A stretch of DNA of 64,000 nt from Candidatus Bathyarchaeota archaeon (GTDB lineage Archaea; Thermoproteota; Bathyarchaeia; 40CM-2-53-6): positions 1 through 64,000 of the forward strand of contig CAWHWX010000016.1 of NCBI GenBank assembly GCA_963833125.1. The letters are read 5' to 3'. The position numbers and the translations under genes were made by a program. Shown here one piece after another: positions 29,802 to 39,924 of the stretch; position 1 is the first letter of the stretch; every line of letters begins with the position of its first letter. The notes beneath the pieces are model-generated. The model did not search any database and was not told the DNA's origin. It saw nothing but the letters and a program-made list of their open reading frames with translations.

Positions 29802-29861
29802 TCACATGTTGCTGTGATTTGGCTGGACGGCGTTCTTAATTATCAAAGGGCAGACACCATT

Positions 29862-30834
29862 CTACCTGGTGGGCTGCCGGTCGAGTTGAGCAAGCATGGC
29901 CAGCACAACTCGCCCTACCATCGCCAGCGTGTCCGGGCTGCACACGTCAGCCGTGTCGCGCTCCGTATGGTGATAGCCGTTCAAGAAAGGGGCAAAGTCG
30001 ATGATGTCCACAGCGGGCAGGCCAGCAGCGAGGAACGGCAAGTGGTCGTCCTCGACGGGCAATGGACTTGCTGTTGGGAACCTTTCCTCATAACCCAGCC
30101 GCCACGCGGTCGTGACCATTAGAGTTCGAAGCCATTGCGTAGAATTTGCCTCGGGTCTGAACTGTGGTTCCCAGCCAGCGACCATATCCAAGAGAACCAC
30201 GACACGAACTTGACGGAGTCTGTCGCCCTTCCGCAGCGTCTCGACAAAGTGCCGGCTCCCATAGAGGCTATCACTCTGTGACCAATGGTTCAGTGCCTCC
30301 TCGCCATCAAAGAAGACAATCCAGTAAGTCGATGCGTGGCGCCGTTTTGCCAACACGCGCGCCAACTCGAGTAGCCCAGCCGCACTCGACCCACCGTCAT
30401 TCGCTCCGACAAAGCGGATACCAGGAAGGCGCGCCGTGTCGTAATGGCCGGCGATGATGACAACTTCAGACCGATCTCCGGGGAGCTTCGCGATGATATT
30501 GAGCATCCCGAGCTTTCCGACTGGTGTCGTAGCCACGAACGAATCGTAAGTGACATCGACTCCCGCATCGCCCAATTGTTCCGTAATGTATTTCCGGGCT
30601 TGGTCGAGAGCCGGTGAATCGGGTGGCCTTGGCCCAAGCGCGACGAGAACGTCGCAAATCTTCGGACGCTCGCCTGCCGTCAAATCCTTCGGCAGCAGCG
30701 GCTAGTCTGCTCTGTTCGAAATAGTGTGCCCCGGCCGCAGCGAGAAGAACGGCTAAACCAGCAAGTGCCACCGCCACGACCTGCCGCTTTCCTTTAGACA
30801 TGCTCCCAATCTTCGCGCGCTTGCTGCTGCTCAT
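29862..30834 (-). CDS. M28 peptidase / glutaminyl cyclase-like exported protein (frameshift ~30680)
   Basis: AGHYDT, GANDGGS, FDGEEA, LLDMV, EDDHLPF, YHHT; N-terminal signal/TM segment in 30466-30834. Confidence 0.85.
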
Positions 30835-30912
30835 CCCGCTCGTGCGTCTCGCCTGCCTGAGCCCTGCTGGATCGGTACTATCGATTCGCCATCCGTCAAA
30901 GCCGGAACTGCC

Positions 30913-31485
30913 CTACGAACATCCGCTCGTGCTTCCACAGTTTCCGCAGCGATAGCAAGACCCGCTGCGAGTCATAATTGCCCCGCAGTCTTTGCACGCC
31001 GGCGCATCCCCATGGTTGCCATTGTCCTCGGCCAAAGCGGCGGAAGCCGGAGCCGGACTCTGGTCCAAGCTCCGGCTGCCAGCTTCAGAAGGAGAAGGCG
31101 AAGAATCTTCTGGGAGAAACTTCAGGCTGAGCCAACGAAAGAGATAGTCCATCAAGGACTTTGCATAGCCGATGTCTGGGTTTCCCGACCATCCGCTCGG
31201 CTCGAATCGTGTGTGGCTGAACTTATCGCAGAGAACCTTGAGAGACACGCCGTACTGAAGCGCCAACGAAACCGCCGTGGCGAAGCAGTCCATCAAACCT
31301 GAAACCGTCGAGCCTTCCTTCGCCGCCGTGATGAAGATCTCGCCTGGTCGACCGTCCTCATAGAATCCAACGGTCAGATATCCCTCAAATCCGCCCACGT
31401 TGAAGTGATGGACAATTGCTTCCCGCTCGTCAGGGAGGCGCCGACGAATGGGAAACGCTCCGACGCTCTGTTCCTTGGCATCCAT
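30913..31485 (-). CDS. Stand-alone C-terminal (TSCPD + Zn ribbon) domain of class II ribonucleotide reductase
   Basis: RRRLPDER, GRPGEIF, KEGSTVSG, SLALQYGV, RFEPSG, CKDCG..CYRCGNCGSTSGCS. Confidence 0.88.
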   Translation of the reverse strand: MDAKEQSVGAFPIRRRLPDEREAIVHHFNVGGFEGYLTVGFYEDGRPGEIFITAAKEGSTVSGLMDCFATAVSLALQYGVSLKVLCDKFSHTRFEPSGWSGNPDIGYAKSLMDYLFRWLSLKFLPEDSSPSPSEAGSRSLDQSPAPASAALAEDNGNHGDAPACKDCGAIMTRSGSCYRCGNCGSTSGCS

Positions 31486-31535
31486 AAACCCTCGCCGTTT
31501 CGACTTTCAGGGATCTATTCAAAATGATCCCGTGG

Positions 31536-32135
31536 TCAGTCTCTCGATTCACAGGCCTGGCCTTGCACTCGCCCGCTGCGAACGACTGTCCAGCGATCGG
31601 CACCGCCATTCCGATGCCGCTCGACCCAGCGGCTCGTGTAGCTCTTGAGCCCTTCCAGCCACACGCGCGGGTCGGAAGAGTGAAGCAGGATCAACTCCGT
31701 CTCGCTGAACCTTTCGCCTGACTGGCGAGTGGCGGCTACGCGCATGTACTCCCAAAGTTCCCCACTCATATGAGCCATAGGGAGGTAAAGCCATGCGGGC
31801 GTCAAGACGAACGCGAGCTTGTCCGCCAGGCAGAGCTTTGAGTACCTTTTCCCAACCCGCTTTGCCCAGTGCCGCGAATGGCACATCACGAAGTCTCGCC
31901 ATTCTGAACCGAAGAACCAGCCCATGAGGCGACCACCGAGGATCACGTGGTCCTGGCCGTCAACACTTTCCATTTCGCGCTTTCCGGCATAGCCAACGTC
32001 ATGCAAAAAGCAGGCTAACCAGATCCTGAGGTCCCACGGAAAACCGTACAATTTCCACCACGCCCAGGCGACGAAGAACGGATGAATCAGGATGCAATGC
32101 ACGCCAAAAATCACACTCTTGGTTCCCACTTTCAT
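31536..32135 (-). CDS. HD-like hypothetical protein of a phage/MGE family
   Basis: GTKSVIFGVH..HP, LHDVGY, HSR, LADK (H..HD..H..D pattern). Confidence 0.7.
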   Translation of the reverse strand: MKVGTKSVIFGVHCILIHPFFVAWAWWKLYGFPWDLRIWLACFLHDVGYAGKREMESVDGQDHVILGGRLMGWFFGSEWRDFVMCHSRHWAKRVGKRYSKLCLADKLAFVLTPAWLYLPMAHMSGELWEYMRVAATRQSGERFSETELILLHSSDPRVWLEGLKSYTSRWVERHRNGGADRWTVVRSGRVQGQACESRD

Positions 32136-32314
32136 GGCTCGATACTCACTTTGCTCTCAATCAGACTGGCGCCCGCGTCGTGTTCTGTCGCAGGGACCTT
32201 TTCAACCGCCCAGAGCAGGACCGTTTGCGCGTCCCCGAGCGCGCGCATTAGTTCCCGCCAGGTCGCGCATTCGGCCCCGAACTGCGACGCGGAATACCAG
32301 CTCAAGCTCGACAT
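32132..32314 (-). CDS. Small hypothetical protein (60 aa)
   Basis: Fills the operon gap; ATGA overlap with the downstream gene. Confidence 0.45.
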   Translation of the reverse strand: MSSLSWYSASQFGAECATWRELMRALGDAQTVLLWAVEKVPATEHDAGASLIESKVSIEP

Positions 32315-32326
32315 CGCCGATGGGAG

Positions 32327-32980
32327 TCACGTTTGCGCCTCGGAAACTGTCGTCTCAGTCTTTCGCTCATCGTCCTCGGGTCTACGGAGGTAGTGAGCAT
32401 GCACACAGCCGACGCAGTTCGTCGCTCCGGTAAGAGCCTTTACAACTGTCTCTAATTCCGACGGAACAGTTAGCGCTTCGCCCGCCCGAGACAAGAAGGC
32501 CGGTATGACTGAGCCTCGTTTCTCCCTGTGCTGCTTCACCAGGTCCAAAGCAAGGTAGCCTTCGTGCGCCCGGAACAGGATTTTGCTTTCCAATGACGGT
32601 CGCTTTCCGTCTTGTGCGGCTCCGGGAGCGTGGTGAGTAATCAGGAGGCTGTAGGTGTGGCCCGTCCGGAACATCTCTACGCGAACGAAGCTCGGAGCAA
32701 TCACCAAGGCATGAACGCCATTGAAGCCCACCGAGTCGAGTGGATGGATCCATCCGAGCCGTTCGCCCCCTTCACCGCAAAAGGTCACGTAATGCCCGAA
32801 TTGTTCGACCGCGCCACCGGACTCGATCCCCCGAACTACATAGCGATTCGCCAAGTGCTGGTGTTCGAGACTCACCGCAGGCCGTGCGGAGATTCCAACT
32901 TCCATCAACCGTCGCAGCCCACGCCGCGGAAGGGTTAATCCCTGGCGAGCCTCGTCGCGCCCTTTGGTGCTACTCCTCAT
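32327..32980 (-). CDS. Hypothetical protein (217 aa) with C-terminal CxxCxHxH
   Basis: AAGGAGG RBS; CVGCVHAH motif. Confidence 0.7.
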   Translation of the reverse strand: MRSSTKGRDEARQGLTLPRRGLRRLMEVGISARPAVSLEHQHLANRYVVRGIESGGAVEQFGHYVTFCGEGGERLGWIHPLDSVGFNGVHALVIAPSFVRVEMFRTGHTYSLLITHHAPGAAQDGKRPSLESKILFRAHEGYLALDLVKQHREKRGSVIPAFLSRAGEALTVPSELETVVKALTGATNCVGCVHAHYLRRPEDDERKTETTVSEAQT

Positions 32981-33025
32981 GCTTACCTCCTTGCAGCGGA
33001 CTGAACTCCCAGTGCCGATCCGCTG

Positions 33026-33289
33026 TCACGCGGTCGGCTGTAATGTCTCTAATTCCCTCACTCGATCCAGCTCAGCCATGGCATCTGCGGGAGTGAGGCC
33101 GTCGGGGTCGGAGCCGCGCTGGTAGCACCGGCCTTCGGAATCCAGCCGCAGATACTGACGCGTGCGGATGTGCTTGTAGAACTCAACCCCTGCCTCGCGC
33201 CACATCCACATAAACTCGTGACACCCATCGGTCCCGACGAGTAGTTCAAGCGGTTTCCAGTTCGGATTTTCAAATGTCTTCTCAGCCAT
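33026..33289 (-). CDS. Hypothetical protein (87 aa)
   Basis: GAGGAG RBS; PNWKPLE..FMWM..YKHIRTRQYL; overlaps the primase stop. Confidence 0.65.
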   Translation of the reverse strand: MAEKTFENPNWKPLELLVGTDGCHEFMWMWREAGVEFYKHIRTRQYLRLDSEGRCYQRGSDPDGLTPADAMAELDRVRELETLQPTA

Positions 33290-34268
33290 GGTCTCCTCGC
33301 TGTACGACATCGGTGTTCGGCCTGGGGCATCCCACCGAAGTCCTGATCATGTCTTTCGTGCATCCAGCCCAACATATGTACTTGCGCGGGTCGTCGATCG
33401 AGATCGACAGGTTGTCACCGCTGCGGTCATGGCCGCCTTCGGCACACGACGGGCACTGAGTCACGTAGTTCCGCCCCACACGACGGAGCTTGGTTGAGAT
33501 GTGGTCAAGAATCCGAAACTCCGGTCCTCCCGTCCTGGGCCTGAACTCGGGTTCCGGCTTCGGTGGCGCAAGTTGAGGCGGAATCGCCTTCCCCACAATC
33601 AGCTTGGCGAGTTGTTCGCCTGAAACCTTCGCGAGCGAAGTGAGGTAATGCATCTGGTTTTCGAGCACGTAGTCAGCGCCGTAAAACCAGAAGCGCTTAG
33701 CTGCTCCTCGGTGAATGCCGAGCGGCCCGCGGATAGCATTGCCGTATTCGCCTGGCTTCAGCTCGTCGTGCTTGGGAAAGATCTCGATACCCTCGCGCAA
33801 CCCGGCGCCCTTCACGGGCATGCCAAGTCGCAGGGCAAGGTCATATACGTAGATCCGGCAATCTCGGGCCGGCAAGGGTTCCTGCATGAAGATCCAGAGA
33901 TGCCCGCCGCGATTGCTTTTCTCGAACGCCGAATCAACGCCGTCCTGCTTGAGGTAGTAGGCCAGCTTGATGAGGTCTGCCATCGCCTCTTTGTAGTCGG
34001 CGTCGATTGCTACCCACTTGCACCGCTGAGTGGAGGGATTGATGGCATAAAGGCCAATGGTGATGTCGCCCTCGATGTGGCGCTGGATGGTATCGAGCGT
34101 CAGGCCGAGCCCCTCGCCGGTTTTCTTGTCGGTAGGGCGGTAATAATAATGACGGTTGCTTTCCGGCTGCGGTCGGTCGGACTGCATGGTGAAGGCGCGC
34201 CGGTTAACGAAAAGGCGGGAGTAGTCCGCCGCAACGCCAGCGGGCGCTTTGAGACGGTATCTCCGCAT
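33282..34268 (-). CDS. Archaeo-eukaryotic primase (TOTE-type AEP) with C-terminal Zn finger
   Basis: WVAIDAD, EKSNRGGHLWIF, EIFPK, GNAIRGPL; CPSC...H...C..GC. Start probably 34268 (GGGAGGA RBS). Confidence 0.82.
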   Translation of the reverse strand: MRRYRLKAPAGVAADYSRLFVNRRAFTMQSDRPQPESNRHYYYRPTDKKTGEGLGLTLDTIQRHIEGDITIGLYAINPSTQRCKWVAIDADYKEAMADLIKLAYYLKQDGVDSAFEKSNRGGHLWIFMQEPLPARDCRIYVYDLALRLGMPVKGAGLREGIEIFPKHDELKPGEYGNAIRGPLGIHRGAAKRFWFYGADYVLENQMHYLTSLAKVSGEQLAKLIVGKAIPPQLAPPKPEPEFRPRTGGPEFRILDHISTKLRRVGRNYVTQCPSCAEGGHDRSGDNLSISIDDPRKYICWAGCTKDMIRTSVGCPRPNTDVVQRGDHG

Positions 34269-34313
34269 CATTTCCTCCCGATAGTCTGGTGGTCGCCACT
34301 TCTCCATAGTGGC

Positions 34314-34348
34314 TGTGGTAAAACGAGAAATATTTTCTGTCAAACGGC
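34314..34348 (-). promoter_or_regulatory. Promoter with shared GCCGTTTGACAG motif upstream of the primase
   Basis: TTGACA, 17 nt, TACCAC on the minus strand. Confidence 0.5.
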
Positions 34349-34471
34349 CGACAGGCGATTGGATAGAGGGCGTGTTTTCAGTTGGTTACGGCGAGCCCCT
34401 GGAAAGAGGCCCCAATCACCGATTAGAAAATCGCTTCTCAGGAGGAGTACACGCGGGTGGCTTGGGGCGGC

Positions 34472-34828
34472 TTATCCGGCCCCACCCACCAAATTCGTTG
34501 GCTGGCGAAATAGCGCCGGGCTTCCCACCAATCTGAAAAAGTGGCACTGGTTGGTGAGAACGTCGAACTCGTCCGCACTGTACCCACCGTAGTTCTGATC
34601 CTCAAAATCCACCCACAGCCAGGCACAGCGTTTCCGGTCGTACACGTATACCGCTCCCCCATCGGGAGAGTCTTCGTGCGCAACAAGAACCACCAAAGCC
34701 GCTGGGAACTGGAACCAGCGAAGGACCTTTGGAAAGTCTGCGAACTCCAAGAGTCGCGCAACTGCTTGGTCGAGCGTTTCCTTCTTGCTTAGTTCGAACA
34801 ACTGACTGATTTGCACTTGGCCGAACAT
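34472..34828 (-). CDS. Hypothetical protein (118 aa)
   Basis: AAGGAGA RBS; aromatic-rich globular ORF. Confidence 0.65.
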   Translation of the reverse strand: MFGQVQISQLFELSKKETLDQAVARLLEFADFPKVLRWFQFPAALVVLVAHEDSPDGGAVYVYDRKRCAWLWVDFEDQNYGGYSADEFDVLTNQCHFFRLVGSPALFRQPTNLVGGAG

Positions 34829-34961
34829 TTTTTGTTCTCCTTTTCAATTTCAGGATTCGTCATACTGCCAAGACCGATTAGCGCTCTTCCTCAGCCACCC
34901 TGCCGTGATTTCATGCCCGGAGAGAGCGCTGGGTTCACGGATGAACTGAAATAGAGAGGGA

Positions 34962-35019
34962 CTGGAGCGCCGACAAACGTGCGCCGGTCCAAAGCGCACG
35001 GGTTCAGTCGGCGCTCCAG
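34962..35019. other. Nested intergenic hairpin
   Basis: CTGGAGCGCCGAC/GTCGGCGCTCCAG 13-bp stem enclosing CGTGCGC/GCGCACG. Confidence 0.7.
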
Positions 35020-35087
35020 CGTGGGGTAGGATTTGAGGCAGGGCGTACAGCGGGGTACTTGAGGTTTCAGTGTGAAGAAGGTCGGTG

Positions 35088-36337
35088 TTAGTGAGCCGGT
35101 TCGCCAGCGGACGAGGTCATCAATTCGACAGCCGCGCGCAGCTTGGGTGTGTCGGCCTCCGTGAGCCGGCCGATGTCGCCGTACTTGAAGGTGCCCTTAC
35201 TCGCCTGTTCAACCACATGACCGATCGGCCGATTTGTCGCTGTGGCCATGCGACGCGCCGCCGTCAGGAACTCATTCCGCAATTGGTTGAACCCAACAGC
35301 GGGAGCCGATCCGTTGCCATTGCTTTTCGCAGCAGGCGCAGTGGGCTGGTCACGTTTCCCTGATCCATTGCCGTTAGCTCCCACATCGGGATTTGACGGG
35401 GGCGTGGATCTTGATTCCGCTTCCGATCCCGACACAACAGTGGACTTGACACCATCAGGCGTTGTACCAACGGAAGCTCCGTTTCCACCATTGGCTTGTT
35501 CGGTCGAAGCGCCATTCGCCGATCCGGGGTAGAACTCTCCTGCAATCTCCGGCGCCTGCTCTTGTTCATCCTCGACGACTTCAAGAATCTTGCCGCCAGA
35601 CCCGAGCAGCTTGCGAGTCTCGGCAAACAGCCGGGCGTTCTCGGTAAGGTTGGCGATGAGTTTCTGCATGTCATCGCCTTCGACTTCCAGGCTCAGAGCC
35701 CAGATGGAAGTTGTCTTCTTCCGCTTTTCCTTGCGGTCGAAATAAGAGACCTCCTCCGGACGAACGGTGAGTTTGCCGGTGATTCCGGCGAGCCGCCCGC
35801 CTGTGAAGGTTTGGATCTCTTGCAAGGCGGAGTGGATTTGCCGGATGGAACGGTAGGAGTCGTGTGAATGCGGCAGACACTCCCTAACCGAGGGAAGTCG
35901 GCCAGCACAAAGCGCAGGTCACCACTCGGCTTGCACTGGCCTGCGGCAAGCTCTGGACATCCGTTGCCGCATGGAGTCCACGGCTGCCCGCCGGGCTTCT
36001 CGGACGTGCGCCGGATTGCCGAGGCACCGTCACCCGAACACTTCCGCTCGGTGGCCGTCCACCAGGCGTAGGAACTCAGGAAGACGTTCTCAATGTCATC
36101 GTCAATCAGCATGATGTGAAGCTCCCGGCACTGCTCGCCATAGTGCTGGATAAGTTCGGGGTCAGGCTCCCACTCGACTCCACCGGCCGTCTTCCTTTTG
36201 CGCAGGAAGACAAAGTGGTCGAGTTTGGTGGGATGGTTGCGATCACCATTCGGCGGCAGGCCGATGGAGACCTTGGTTGAAACCGACAGCCGCTGAACAA
36301 CACGGCCATCCTGGTCGTGAGTGACACCAATGATCAT
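35088..36337 (-). CDS. Gp3-like / recombination-directionality-factor-like protein (frameshift ~35860)
   Basis: KVSIG..HPTKLDHF, KCSGDG, C..GC.....CKPSGDLRF, GSVCRIHTT; low-complexity C-terminus. Confidence 0.68.
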
Positions 36338-36479
36338 GTGAATTCCTCCTTTTCAAATACACCTGCGAGGCCAAGGGTCAGCCCCAATCTACCCATAGCT
36401 AATCTTCTCTAATATCCGTTCCAGTTGTCTGCGGGCATCTTGTCCTGTGTGAGAAATAGGCATGGCTTGCATTTTCCTC

Positions 36480-36508
36480 TTGTAGTAGATGATCTATGGG
36501 AGTATAAG
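36480..36508 (+). promoter_or_regulatory. padR promoter with palindromic operator
   Basis: TTGTAG, 17 nt, TATAAG; TAGAT-G-ATCTA palindrome (36486-36496) in the spacer; ATG at 36514. Confidence 0.5.
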
Positions 36509-36513
36509 GGCAC

Positions 36514-36869
36514 ATGCCAAAGAAAGGTTCACCTCCGCTGGAAGGCGAGCTGCTCCAGGGCACGCTCGACCTGTTGATTCTGCAAACGCTGGTGCTGGGT
36601 CCCGCGCACGGGCACACCATCGCCTACGCCATCGAACACCGCTCCGAAGATGTCCTGCAAGTCGAGCACGGCTCGCTCTATCCCGCACTGCACCGGCTGG
36701 AGGACCGCGGCTGGATTGCCTCGTTCTGGGGCACTTCGGAAAACAACCGCCGGGCGCGCTACTACCGGCTGACGCCCGCGGGCCGCAAGCAATTGGCCCA
36801 TCAAACCAGCCGCTGGGAAGAAATGGTGCGCGCCATCAACCGCGTGCCTGCGGTCCGGCAGAGGAATAG
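36514..36869 (+). CDS. PadR-family regulator, acidobacterial type (frameshift ~36847)
   Basis: [37 protein letters not shown]. Confidence 0.9.
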
Positions 36870-36872
36870 AAC

Positions 36873-39504
36873 GTGGAATTTGATTTTCTTCGACGCTTCC
36901 GCCGTTTCTTTCGCCGCACGTATTGGGATAAGGAGCGAGCGCGTGAGCTCGAAGCCTATCTCGAAATCGAGACCGACGAGAACATCGCGCGAGGCATGTC
37001 GCCGGAAGAGGCGCGCTACGCTGCGCACCGCAAGCTGGGCAACACCACATTGATCCGAGAGGAGATCTTTCAGATGAACAGCCTCGGTTGGCTTGAAACC
37101 CTGCTGCAGGACCTTCAGCTTCGGGTTACGTCAGTTGCGCCGCAATCCCGGCTTAACCGCCGTGGCCGTCATCACGCTGGCGCTCGGCATTGGCGGGAAC
37201 ACGGCGATGTTCAGCGTGATTGAGGCGGTATTGCTGCGGCCGTTGCCATATAGCCACGCTAGGGAGCTTGCGCGCGTGGCTTCGACATGGGAGCGGGACG
37301 GGGTCACGACAACTTACTCCTCATCGCCGCCTGACTTCTTCGACTGGCGCGATCAAAACCGGTCCTTCTCGTCGATGTTTGCGTACTACATCGGCGAATA
37401 CGCTCTGACGGGACAGGGCGAAACGAAGCGGGTGCGCGCTGTGCTCGCAACCACCGGGTTATTTTCCACACTCGAAGCGCATCCACTCGTGGGACGCGAA
37501 TTCATGGCGGACGAGAATCGCAAAGGCGCAAATCACGTGGTGGTGTTGAGCTACGGATTGTGGCAAGCGGATTTTGGCGGCATGCCCGACGCCATCGGAA
37601 AAACGATCCAACTGGATAGCGAACCTTACACCGTGATCGGCGTCATGCCAGCCGAGTTCGGATTTCCTCTGCAAACCGGTGATCTTTTTATGCCTATTGG
37701 GTTCGACGACAAAGTGATGACGCAACGGGGCGCCCATTACGTGCGCGTGCTGGGACGGCTCAAAAGCGGAGTCTCGCTGGCCCAGGCGAATGACGATCTG
37801 GCGGGAATCATGGCGCAACTCCGGAAGCTATATCCCGATAAGGATGAGAAATGGGGCGTGCGCGCTGAACTTTGGAGCAGCGCCCTGGTGGGCGAAATTC
37901 GTCCCGCGTTGCTTATGCTCCTCGGGGCGGTGGGCGTGCTGGCGCTGGTTGCCTGCGCGAACGTCTCCAACTTGCTCCTGGCACGCGCGGCTGCGCGACA
38001 TCGGGAATTTGCTCTGCGGATCGCACTGGGAGCGCGGCGCTCGCGGCTGGTTTGCCAGACGCTGACCGAGGGACTGTTGCTGGCGCTGCTGGCCACGGCG
38101 GCGAGCCTGCTGGCGGCGCACTGGGCGCTGATGGCGATCGTGCGCTTTGGGCCGAAAGACATCCCGCGGCTGTCGAGTGCCGGGCTGAACCCCGAGGTGC
38201 TGGTGTTTACCATGGGCGTTGCGGTGGCGAGCGCGATGTTCTTCGGGTTGATTCCGGCGTTGCGGTCATCGGGGACGGGCATCAGCGGCCTGCTGAAGAT
38301 TTCCGCTTCTTCGCAAGAGGCGGGACACGCTCGCAGCGCGCTCCTGATTGCGGAAGTAGGCCTGTCGATGACTCTCCTGGCAGGCGCGGGCTTGCTGGTT
38401 CGCAGCTTCGTTCGACTGAGTTCACTCGACCCGGGCTTTAACGCCAAGGACGTATTGACTCTGGACATCACGGTGCCCGACGCCCATTACAAGAACAGCC
38501 TTGCGCTCCAAAACTACTGGGACCAGGTGTTGGGCAAGCTGCGAGGTGTGCCAGGCGTAGCTTCAGTCGGTGTGGTGACACCTTTGCCCTTGTCCGGCGA
38601 CGACTTCAGCAGCAGCTTCCGGGTGGAGGGTACAAGCGTACCTGAGAAGGATGAGCCGTCGGGAGACGTGCGCTTCGCCAGTCCCGATTATTTCCGCACC
38701 ATGGACATTCCGTTGCGGCGGGGTCGTGTGTTTACAGATGCCGACCGTGTGGGAGCGGTCCGGGTTGTGCTGATCAGCGAGACTGCCGCGCGGAAGTTTT
38801 TCCCCGCGGGTGACGCAATCGGACACAAGGTCATATTTGGCGCGAGCGGCGGATACGAAAAAAATCAGGGAGAGATCGTAGGCATTGTCGGCGATGTGCG
38901 TCATTTTGGACTGGATGCGCCAATCCCGCCAATCTTCTATGTGCCTCTGGCGCAGGCGGGGATGGATGGTGCGACGGTTGTGCTGCGCGCCCATCAGTCG
39001 CCGGCCGGGCTGGGTCAACCGGCGCGGAGACTGGTACAAGCCATCGACCGTAACGCGCTGGTGGGGGAGCCGGTCCTGCTGGAGACACTAGCTGCCGAAT
39101 CGCTGGGGAAGCGGCGGTTCTATATGCTGCTACTCGGCGCATTCGCCGCCTTGGCCCTGACCTTGGCGGCGGTCGGGCTTTTTGGTGTCGTCTCGTACTC
39201 TGTGGCGCAAAGAACCCGGGAGATCGGCATCCGCGTGGCGCTGGGCGCGACGCGCCGGGAAATACTGTCGATGGTGATGGGCCAGGGACTGCGATTGGCA
39301 GGCTTTGGGTTGGCCGCGGGGCTGCTGCTGGCGCTGGTTCTGAACCGCACCATAAAAGGACTATTGGTTGGCGTGAGTACGACCGATCCGTTGACGTTGG
39401 CTCTTACAGCGATCATGCTGCTTTTGGTGTCGCTGTTGGCAAGCTATATCCCCGCCCGCCGGGCGACGAAGGTCGATCCCATGGTGGCGCTGCGGTATGA
39501 ATAA
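36873..39504 (+). CDS. ADOP / MacB-like duplicated orphan ABC permease (frameshift ~37120)
   Basis: [52 protein letters not shown]. Confidence 0.93.
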
Positions 39505-39776
39505 TGGCTAGTGGTTGACGCAAGCTACGTTGGCCAACTTTCGCGGCGCTTCACAAGTTCAACAAGGGCCCCGCGGAACACGTTCGCTCTAATGGACGTC
39601 GCGATCACTCTCTTGTAGGGCTTCTCTCTGCTGCCTACGCCTCCGGATTCATACATGGCCCAGCGGTACACTCCCTGCATCAGCTCGGCGTACTCTCCAA
39701 TGATCCCCGCAACATCATCTCACGGGAAGTCACAGCATCGGACTTTCCGAGATTCTCTTAAATGCCACTCAGGCGA

Positions 39777-39808
39777 GCGTGTCGTTTTTCAGCAGAAAAA
39801 CGACACGC
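39777..39808. other. Perfect 14-bp inverted repeat, candidate oriT
   Basis: GCGTGTCGTTTTTC-AGCA-GAAAAACGACACGC, ~120 bp past the relaxase stop; no following T tract. Confidence 0.5.
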
Positions 39809-39924
39809 GGTCGGTACTAGTCAAGGCCCAACCGATTGGTTCGACAGGACATATCAGGCGGTTTGTGAAGGCAAGGTCATCGCAACGTCAAGGCAATGTC
39901 GCGGCAATACCCGCTCTGGATCGA

